Shown here: positions 38,625 to 48,499 of the stretch, one piece after another
Layout: the number at the start of each line of letters is the position of its first letter
Numbering within the stretch: the stretch's first letter is position 1
Source: Sphaeroforma arctica JP610
Lineage: Eukaryota
NCBI RefSeq assembly: GCF_001186125.1
Contig: NW_014040253.1
Location: 18,614-67,112, forward strand
Reading direction: 5' to 3'
DNA: 48,499 nucleotides
Translations under genes and position numbers: made by a program
The notes under the pieces: generated by a model
What the model was told of the DNA's origin: nothing
The model's input: the letters and a program-made list of their open reading frames with translations, nothing else
Databases searched by the model: none

Positions 38625-39186
38625 AAAGCAAGAGTGTGATGTATAACTATAAAAAAAACAGTTATTTCGTCTGTGTAGTCAGAAATTGGCTGCGTGATCA
38701 AGCGTAGCTAGAACGTCGAGTATCGCTTTACGGTGCGTTGGTTTTAGCGGGAGCTATCGAATAAAAATTCACTCTATTAAGTGCAACCATTACATATGAA
38801 ATATAATAGCATACTCCGGGACTCAAATGGCTTAGCAATATGATATCAACCTGTGCATATAATCTACACAAGTAAATTCCCAGAGGGTGGAGTGTGTATT
38901 GAGCCGATTTGCTTGTTGACATATTTGGCTAAAGACTATCCAATGAAAATAAAATGCGTCCCAGTGTCACTTATATTGTTTCAAATCGCTATCGATTTAA
39001 TAAACATCAGGTTTAAGGTTACGTGATGTAGTATATCTAAGGATGTTATTTTAACAATGTATTGCATGTACTCCTATGTAAATGAGGAGGAAGCAGTTTG
39101 AACCCAACTGCGAATACCTGCGACTGCTGTAATCAATAACTATATATTTGCATTACTATACGCTCGGAGGTGAGCACAGCTCGATA

Positions 39187-39286
39187 GCAAACTTTGTCTT
39201 TGTTTTAAATTGTTGTTACGTTGGACATAACAGTCTGCAAACTTTGTCTTTGTTTTAAATTGTTGTTACGTTGGACATATCAGTCT
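39187..39286. repeat. 50-bp tandem duplication
   Basis: GCAAACTTTGTCTTTGTTTTAAATTGTTGTTACGTTGGACATA occurs twice. Confidence 0.95.
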
Positions 39287-40134
39287 ACTATCACAACTTA
39301 TTGAGTTTACGATCTATTGGTAGTCAGTAACCAATGCTTCAATACTTGTCGGTGAAGCCAGTTGCCGCCAAAACGTTCACACACAGACCAATGAAATACC
39401 TTGACCTTTTACATCTAATATTTATTGGTCCACGAGCTGTTCAAAATGTTCAAATCGTCGAACCCACACGGTGTTATAATATCGAAATGTCTAATCTTTT
39501 CCGAATTATAGTTCAACAAGAATATCTCCTAATACCATAAATTACATATTCCACTACAAGGTTGAAAAGGTATTTTAGCAGAAATTATTACAGACAGAAT
39601 GTAAGGTGGTTGTCTGAATGTGATAAGTGCAAAACATCAACAACGTACACAAGTTGCTGCACCTAAAATTTCTCCTACGCAAATGATTCCAGGCAATATC
39701 AGAGTTATACTGTTTCCAGTTAGAATTGATCTTTTGAAAATCAAACCATTGATATACGATGAGATGACCGATAGCGGAAGCTGTCAATCTATTAAAGTAA
39801 TGCAAGTCGGAAGTATGTATCGCAAAGCAATACATATTTATAATACTTTGCCAATACAAGCCTAAGAAGAAATGGACTGAGGATACTATATATCAGATTG
39901 GTAAAACAGTTGTCAACAGCAGGTACAAATAAGGACTGTTGTAAAGAATTCATTTAGTTTGGATCCTTATTGTGTAAACAGACAAAGAATAGGCAAAAGG
40001 AAATTCAACACCTGAAATAGCCAAAACGTGTGATCAATAATAATAGTGTCAATGATCAGTTCAAATCTACAACGCAAGCTCTCTAAAGGCGTGTTTGACA
40101 TTAAGGGATTGTAATTCATCGGTTCAAATCTATC

Positions 40135-40450
40135 AAAAGTGTGTATGAAATTCAAGTGCCATACCACGAGACGTTCAAAAGTGAGGTGATGATAAGCTGT
40201 TCGAATCCGAGTTGATCATTAGACAACAAAGAAAAAATAAGCAACACGGTGGTTGCGACAATACCTCTATGGAGGAGTAAATACTTCCAGTTTCATGGAG
40301 CTTGAGTATAAAGAAACAATAACTCCCAATCTGAGAAATAATAATATGATTGGCAGCTCCTCTTTTTGTTCTATTTATAAAGATAATGGCCTAGTATATC
40401 CTGAGATACTGAAAATAGAAGGTACATACACGAGATTTATTAACATTTAA
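40135..40450 (+). pseudogene. Possible Polinton-like-virus minor capsid (penton) C-terminal relic
   Basis: EVMISCSNPS*SLDNKEKISNTVVATIPL / GGVNTSSFMELEYKETITPNLRNNNMIGSSSFCSIYKDNG resembles the recalled penton jelly-roll C-terminal pattern. By-eye only. Confidence 0.35.
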
Positions 40451-43400
40451 ATCCACCCAAAAGACTCGTACATATTTACTTGTTGCAAATATATTGTTTA
40501 TCAGCATTCTGTTGTAGGAGCTTGGAATCACCGAGTCTCTCAACTGACTATATTTTTAAGTTCTCTAACCATGAAAACTAAAACTGCCTCGGTACATGGC
40601 GTTTGGTTATATATATATATATATACATCTCCAAATGCTTGCCACAGTATAAATCGGCGCGAAAGAATATGCTCCGAATCAGACCCGTCTTTTTCGTTCT
40701 GTTAACTGAAACGATTGGACATTCATTTATCCCGCTAGTCTGCGCAAAAACTGAAAATAGAAATTTACGTCGAACATTGGTCTGGTAATTCACCTATAGC
40801 AATGATATCGTTTGGTCGAATTTAATGTGAATTGCAAAACACTATAACTTGAGATTTGGTCTATGACCTGTTCCGCCGGATATACCCTCAGCTGATTATG
40901 GTTGTCACGAAGATAGTCAATTGTGGCCTTTGCTGCCTTAAAATGTATTATGATATAATCGGTTGACTGTTAGAAATGACGTCGACAACTCGCGTATCGG
41001 TCTGCACTGAAAAGAACTGATTAGAATAGGGCTTCAAGATCAACTAATTCTTCCTATGCCTGGCAAACATCAAGTGCACTCCTTGTCACTAAAATCGAAA
41101 CACGAGTTCGTCCGTTGAGACGAAGTCTTCATTTAAAAAGTTATTTGCGAGGGTCCATCACAAATAAAAGACGAAAGCCTGAAGTGCCTCTATCCGATGC
41201 CAACGACGACAAGACCAATAGTTCGACTATACTTCTGAAAAGGAAGCCGAAGAAATATTCGGGACCAAAATAGTAGTGAGAACAAAAGCTTTTGTTGTGA
41301 CTATAAAGGTGAACTGAAACAAAACTCGTACAGTGAGATCTTTCAAGCACAGTAGTAATTTCCCATCAGTTTCTATCGCTGTGTAGTAGCGTAGGTGCGA
41401 GACCTGCTTTTCAATTCAACTGGTCATGCAGCTGTTGTATAATCCCGGCAACCAAGTCAGTGAGTTGCCGGACGATGATATTAACACACTGGCAATACTG
41501 ATTGTTTGTCATAGACTGAGGGTCGAAACGCTCTTAATCCTTGCACCGCTGACTGTACATTTTGATTACCAGCAACTCAGTGCCAACATGTTATTAACTC
41601 GCTTTTGCACGTGACCTGAGCTATATTGGTAAGTGCTTCCATGATTCGATACATAAAAACTTGTCTCGTGATGTTTGGCGAGACTTGCGATTTAAGCATC
41701 CCCCCTCATCCCCCCCCCCCCCCCCACTCGATTTATAGACAGGCGGGTTGGTTCTTATAGTGATGCTGCTCGACCACCTTTACGTCCCTTCAAGGACGGC
41801 CACATATATTGCATCAAATTCGCTTCTAATTGTCAAATTTATTCCTACAGTTTCTACAAATTATATTCGTACCACATTGCCGACAAACATAGGAACTTGT
41901 CGATCGCCATGGACAAAATTATTGATTTTCTATAGGGAGTAACCCTGTAGCAGTAAGTACAATGTACGGTATGCGGTATGGCCTCGAGTAATAAAACATA
42001 TTCAACGCAACGCAAGTATAACAAGCAATCTAGAATTATTATTAGCTTGGACACATTGAAGTCGAGCACGGGAAAGGAAACGTTTCGAAAATTCCAACAT
42101 ATTTCGTAATGAAGAAGGATTCTATATATTTACGCTGTATGTGTATCTTCAACTTGCACACTTTTATAAGAACTGCTATTATCGCTCTGGATAGCCTTAC
42201 AAAAAGATGCAAAACTTAAAACATTATTGTACATACATCAGTGAAGGTCACTTTTTGCACAACTCATTTGCGGTGGGCTAGAAGCAATCGTATGACCTGT
42301 ATTTTAGAAACATATTATTTTTACTATATTCTTAGAGGTAATCACACGGTTTCACATATCGCGCATCTACAAGCTTGACCTCAATCAGGCTAGACGTTCT
42401 GAAACCCTTAAGGATGGTAATTTAAACAGATCAGATATAAGAGTATAACGTGTTATAACACAATTTCTAAATAGTTACATTGCTGATATATCTGTAATAC
42501 GAGCCTAGACTACCGCAGTGCCCTCTGAAGCATAACTTTGAATGTTGGTGTATGTAATGTGATAGTAAACCTAAAACATCGGATGATCCATTAAAATTTT
42601 GCCTATTGCTCCGACTTCTAGATAGGATATATTCATGTTTAGCGTACTCGCAACATACCACATTCATGTTCATGCATATGCACAGCTTATGAGCAGGAAA
42701 GTGGTTAGGAAACTCGGGTAAATGTGAATCTGTTGTAACTTTAACATGAGATGGCGACTCCAGTGTTTTAAAGTGCTCCATTGAAGTCGGCATGGTTGTT
42801 GACAACAATCGATTTAGTGGTTAAAGTTAACCAGATGTTCCTAATCACACATGCTGCCTATTATTTAGATCATGTACACCCAATAGACAATAGCCCACCA
42901 AAGATTGACTATAAAGCGACAACCAACTGTATGAAATTTGATCCATACTTTCGCGAATCCAAAGCAAGGTTAGATTACTCTAAATGGAGCACAAAATGCT
43001 AGCCTGTTCTTAGAGAGTGACAGAAATATACAATATTCCATATCAATTATCTTAGGAAAATAGTTCATTCTGTACAATTCAGCGAGGTCAATATCTGATA
43101 TCGCATAGTATAAAACCCTAAACCCTTAATGTATGCATACTGACTTTTTCGTGCAAAATTTGCTTAAATTTGAATTAAAGAGCCTTCGGCTATACGCACC
43201 TGATACGAACTAATGTGTTGAGGGGGGATGTTGTCTTTATTAATTGGTACTAATGTATGCTACTTTATTCAAGCCTATCTCACTGCCATGTGCGCAAATC
43301 ACGTGGTGCTCTTTGGCAGGAACATACGAGAATAGTGTTTAGGAAATACATTTTTGAATCCTGTTGTCATGGTGGACACTTGTGACAATACCTCCAAATC

Positions 43401-44541
43401 ATGCCTCCAAATCATGCACGAGCTATGGATTTTCTGATACTGCTCTAGCATAGGCACAAAGCAAAACTCTTCAGCTAAAACTTTCGTGTTGGGCTACACC
43501 GAGTACTTTAAGGCTGTATGTAACATTATCTGTGAGGTATCATTTCATTCACCGTTCTATAGAACTGAACTGTTCGTCAGCTCTAGCAGGACTTGTCATA
43601 CCATCTGAAATAATAACTGTAGCGTTTGTTTTTTACTATTTGGTAATCGTTAAGTTCCAATGTGCGTTCCTATGATTTCACGGGATCAATACAGAGATCC
43701 TTTCATACACATTTGGGGTCCCTTAAGTCGTAAGCTTTTTGCCCTAAGATACTTGTGTAAGTCCTTCATCCATATTCTATGGGCATCAGAATCACAGAAA
43801 CGAACAGCCTGAGAGGGTAATATCGACAAATGGTAGAATACCTCGAATAAAAGAGAGCCTTGATCCATCCCCCTGGTTCGCAGCTTTGTAATACAATATT
43901 TTCCTGCAAGGTCCAGTCTCCGATATAAAATAACTTCGACTCTGCTAAAATACCTATCGCTATATTGGTATATATGTTGATGATATCCTTTCGCTTCTTT
44001 TCCACATGATCGCTGTTTCCGCTGCTTATTGTAGAAGACGGCACTCTCTTTCTTAACATACTACGTATTTTAGCTAGTCATTAACACGTTAGACTTGCCA
44101 AGCGTCTTACTTCGGTTGGCTAGGGGTGCATTGCGGTTTGCCGCCAGTTTTTCTCTCATTGGTGCACCCAAAGCATGAATTTTGGCCTAATGTGTTCGGT
44201 GTTCTAATTTCCGTGGCAGTGCACTGCTAATTGTAGGTTGAGAAATTGGAGATCAGTCAATGTGACAATCATTCTCAAATATATAAAGCACACCCTAATG
44301 CGTAGTCATTGTCGTTGTTATTACTAGCTGTTGTTTTCATTTGACTGGATATGCATTCCTTATCTTACTGATAGAAGAAGAGCCTGTCCCCAAGTAAGCA
44401 CAAATTCTCGTCAAGCAAGCACAGATTCTATCGCCGTGAATTTAATATAGTCTTTACATTGGCCTAAATAGTCTTTGTGGAAATACGGCCTCCGGTCAGT
44501 CTAAAATATCAAGTTCAATTGANNNNNNNNNNNNNNNNNNN

Positions 44542-46190
44542 NTGGGGAACATCTGTTGATGTGTCAGGGTGGACGTCAAAAAATTAATGTCGTGAATATT
44601 CCCAGCCGATTTCGCGGATGGCGCCAGCTGAATCCGTGAAACCCATACGCCCGGAAGGACACTATAGCCTGGAGTAATGCTGACACGAGATGGTCCATGG
44701 GTTTTACAAAGTCGATACCCGGTGTGCCGACCCCAAGTATTTCTAAGGCTGTGGACAGATGTCAGAGAGTTCCGCCGCCATAGGCATGTGAGGGATAAGT
44801 AGGCGTCTGTAGAGAGTGTTTGCATTTGGGGAGCCTACTAGCGTTGGCGTGATGAGATGTCTTTTAATACTGGGAGAAGCGGTATCTTGTGCAGTATACT
44901 CGACGATCTCTTTCGGGGCTTAAGAATCTCTTCTTCTAGACCAGATTGTCGACCCTAATCATCGATCGCGTTCAGGATGGGTTGAAACTGAACAGACTGC
45001 GGAGCATGGATGAGAAGCGGATGAGTTTCCGCCGAAATGGCCAAGGGAAACGCATAGGGCGTTTAGTTTAGATAGTGACGGTGATAGTAGGTCATCGGAG
45101 AAGTGTGTGCTCTCCGTTCCTGAGCACAGGGAAGAAAAGAGTGAAAGTGAGGATGCGGAATCATCAGGCAGGTTTAACCGCAACTGACAGGTTTGCAGAT
45201 AAACACCTCAGATAAGGGTCAATTGCAGCTTTTCCCAAGGTAACACGTCAGACACTTAAATCGTCAATGAAGTAACCTCCAACCGGTTCTGTTGGTGTGC
45301 GCCCCAAGAGTGGGCCGCCCTTATCTGATGAAAAGACGTGAGCGAGTTGTCAGCGTATCACAGCGCCAAGGTATCGAGACCTAAGTTCTCAGTAAACTCA
45401 CCTCACACCAGCTCGGCAGGTACGGTCTCTAAGAAGTGCCCGACCACATGACCTGCGCGCGGTTCTCAATAGAGCACGTATCGTAGTCAGCCAGTCCCTC
45501 ACCAACAACAATTCAGTAACCCCAGATGAGAGCAAGGCCGACCGACTGCATGATGACAACGAATATTTGGGATAACTTCTTTGGCGTGTGGAACCGCGAT
45601 GTCAAGTGGTAGCATATACGGGGTTCCCAAGGCCGCCTGTACAATTATTTGGTCCTACCCATGGACACAGTATTCAGCCATTTCTTTTGAATTGTCTAAT
45701 GGACGTCTCCTGGAAACTATTCGGGACAGGAGGATTCAAATACAACCTTACGGGAACGATCTGATGCTCTTGAGCTTTCGACCACTGAACATTATGCATC
45801 ACCATCTCATATTTGCAAGGATGCTTCTACTGGGATTTCGACTAGCATAGGAAGGAGTTACTGAAGTTTCCAGTTCGGAATGCGGACCACCTCGGAGTAC
45901 ACGTCGATCTAAACAATACCCCCATCACACGATTCTACTAGAGAAGTTCCAATCTCCACTTCAGAATTTCAACAGAGGCTTCGGAGCAAAAGACGATGGG
46001 GAGGCTTGAAGCAGTGGGCAATACTTGCCGTACCCACAATGAGGGTGGGAGAAGGAGGGGGTGGGGTAAGAAACTCTGACGGTCTACACACAAACCTGGA
46101 CACATTCATAGCCCTGGTCTCCCTGTATAAGGCAACTTGGCCGATTGCAGTCCTAGAACTGCGTGCTTGATTATCCGGCACCTTTTACAC
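44542..46190 (-). mobile_element. Element 3: highly decayed Ty3/Gypsy-like pol fragment
   Basis: Minus strand YFIDDLSV (45251-45274), LRLNL (~45170-45185) and integrase-like GIDFVKPM (44696-44719) occur in RT-to-INT order. Higher GC than the flanks; boundaries approximate. Confidence 0.5.
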
Positions 46191-47186
46191 TTTTAAAACT
46201 ATCGATATCTGAGCCTCCGACAACGATACTGTTGTGGACAAACTCTGCGACAGCTTTAACAGCACTGCAACGCCGTAAAACATTCTCTCTATGGTGGATA
46301 TGTACGGACGATGTCTACGACAACGTTGTATCCAGAGCATAACGTACCCATTTGTGGAAAAATCTGAAATACAAATTTTTCGCCGCCGGTATTTTGCAGC
46401 AATCTGGCACGCAAACCCTATATGCCCCGGTGGCCACAAATTCAACACCATCCGCAGACAAGTGCAACGTTTTATTAATGTACACGTCAACTATAAACAC
46501 GAATATTTTGAATTGCGCGAGAAGTATCCTTATCACAACCGAACTTACCACCAAGTGTGCAGTATTCGTTAGCAATAAACACACAGTGTATTCCGTAGTC
46601 ACATTGTTGTATTGTATCGTAAAGTCTATGTAAACATTAGACTAAAACTATAATACTCGACTAACTGAAATGCAATCAGGGTGTTCTCGTCCCCGTTTGA
46701 ATAGATTTAAGGAATCTGAAGTTCGCACGCCAAAAACTAATACTTGGTACATCTAACTTAGATTACAAAGATATAAATATATACAAGTCGATAATATAGT
46801 TGATAGTATGTGTGTAAATGCCTCATATGTAGCATTGTATCCATACAAGTCTACAGTAGTGTTTCTTATCGACGATGGGAGTTGACGGTCTGATGGGGTT
46901 GAACCGCCCTCGTATGGCGAAGGGTCTATTGTCTCATCTAGTTGGTGTTTTAGGTATAGACGCGAGTTACATTGCACATAGTTTTATGCGCACGCATGTG
47001 ACAGAAATCGGTCTCGGTTTAGACTATCAACAATTATGACTTGATATGTATACAGGCTACCTTTCAACGATTGCAGTCATATGGTTTAGGAACTTTGAGA
47101 CTGATGTTGGTGTTAGATGGGCATAAGATGTAGAGTAATTTTGAAAATGACAAGCACACGCGCTGAAAGTAGGGAGAAGGACATGA

Positions 47187-47273
47187 CACCAGTACGAGAA
47201 CATCTAAAGGTACGCTGACCTGATGAATAGGTTTGTTTTGTGGTTTTATCGAATATCCAATTTTTATAAAGTA
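47187..47273 (-). pseudogene. Possible T5orf172/MUG113 (GIY-YIG-like) fragment
   Basis: YFIKIGYSIKPQNKPIHQVSVPLDVLVL resembles the family pattern KIGYS.NP..R...LQT..P.. Confidence 0.35.
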
Positions 47274-48036
47274 AGAGCGACATTGAGTTGTAGATTGTAA
47301 AAAAGTACGTATATTCATTTAGAACAACAGAAAGACGCCGGGATTAGATGTGAACAGAGCTTGTAAGGATGCAATGGCATTATTTAATATGGAAATAGTC
47401 GATATGTTAATATTACTATTCATGGACAAAGACACGGATTGCATGGTATCACCAATGGAAGCCAAGAAGAAACTGCTCGCATTGCAAATACAAGAACATA
47501 TTAAATATTTACATAATACTAGGATATATACTTGCCAACAAATAGAGGAGTGGCATCACAAATGTGTTGTATAGGTGTAGTTGTAAGAAGTCTAAACTCG
47601 ACGAATCAGAGACAAAATTCGTACCATTGTTCCAGATGCAGTACTTTCGTACAATTGTAAAATACGGCGTTGATAATACAGTCCTTATTGCTACATTACT
47701 TCTACAAAGTGACTACAGGATCCGTACGGTCATGCCTGTAAACACCTTTTGTCCTTAGCTTTTGCGGCATCATGCAAATATAAATAGATGGGGCCACTGC
47801 TAACTATAGAATCGGCGATGATGATGGTGGTTTCTTTCCTGTGTGTGGGTGGATGAAAATGTGGCGAAATAAAAAAGCGCGGGAGAAAGCACTCAGGACA
47901 CACACGACCTTTCGATACAAAAAAAAAATCCAAGAAAAACGAGGAAGTACACTGTACATATATCACAATTTGTGTATTTCTATTGTGAATATTCATAAAT
48001 AAATAGCAACTAACGTGTCCAACCGATTGTGTACAG

Positions 48037-48157
48037 GTCACCATTACTGCGTACCGGTGATGGATTACATCTGAATGAGAAGTTCGGTTACAGCACGATG
48101 GGAGACGCACGAAAAGTCAGATTTGAGCTCATAGATAGCGATGAGGCCGCGGATCAG
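48037..48157 (+). CDS. Possible internal exon of an unidentified gene
   Basis: CTAAC branch-like site at ~48010, TACAG acceptor, open frame SPLLRTGDGLHLNEKFGYSTMGDARKVRFELIDSDEAADQ, CAG|GT donor. Confidence 0.4.
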
Positions 48158-48499
48158 GTTTGTGATTCGAGCACACCTTTTATTTTGACAAACTTGGGTG
48201 TGTACCTGTGCATGTAGGGAGTACACTAACAATTGCTACCATAGATGGCATGCATTGGAGTGTGTTATTTAGATGCATGGTAGATATGTCTATACACGAG
48301 TGACCTTTATTGTTTGCAGAACTCACGGATGTATTCAATTGCGGAAGAAAATTATAGTATGAATACCGCGGGAGGGGACATACACATTCCTTGCTAGCGA
48401 TCCATTGACAAATTAAAATTGATTCAAAGTATGTCAACAATCCGTGGCACGCACAAAAGTCTATAATTTATATGTCCATCAAATAGTATAAATACATAT

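Noticed and set aside
41770..41830. DGHIYCIKF as a GIY-YIG start
   Set aside because: No downstream YIG or conserved Arg motif seen; too short.

Overview
Eukaryotic scaffold segment: intron-rich (GT-AG), rich in (TA)n/(TG)n, with four N gaps. The host cannot be determined from sequence; a unicellular eukaryote is an inference. Host genes: the 3' part of an 8-exon gene of unknown function (571-3969, +); a disrupted two-finger C2H2 gene (11431-12376, -); a 3-exon ~1443-aa MYND plus six C2H2-type finger gene (16212-21329, +); and a 13-exon plant-type C2-phospholipase D (27863-38183, +) with decayed copies of one exon inside an intron. Mobile DNA: three Ty3/Gypsy-like LTR retrotransposon relics. 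The most notable signal is that two chromodomain-bearing elements each appear to carry a different class of DNA methyltransferase. Element 2 (21896-26729, -) has a DIRS/Dam-like N6-adenine MTase domain (NPKW motif) in frame between RNase H and integrase. Element 1 (4637-10926, +, decayed LTR pair) has remnants of a C5-cytosine MTase between the chromodomain and the 3' LTR. The right end holds AT-rich intronless debris that may derive from a Polinton-like virus (penton-like and T5orf172-like fragments). All domain calls are by-eye motif recognition; no database search was run.
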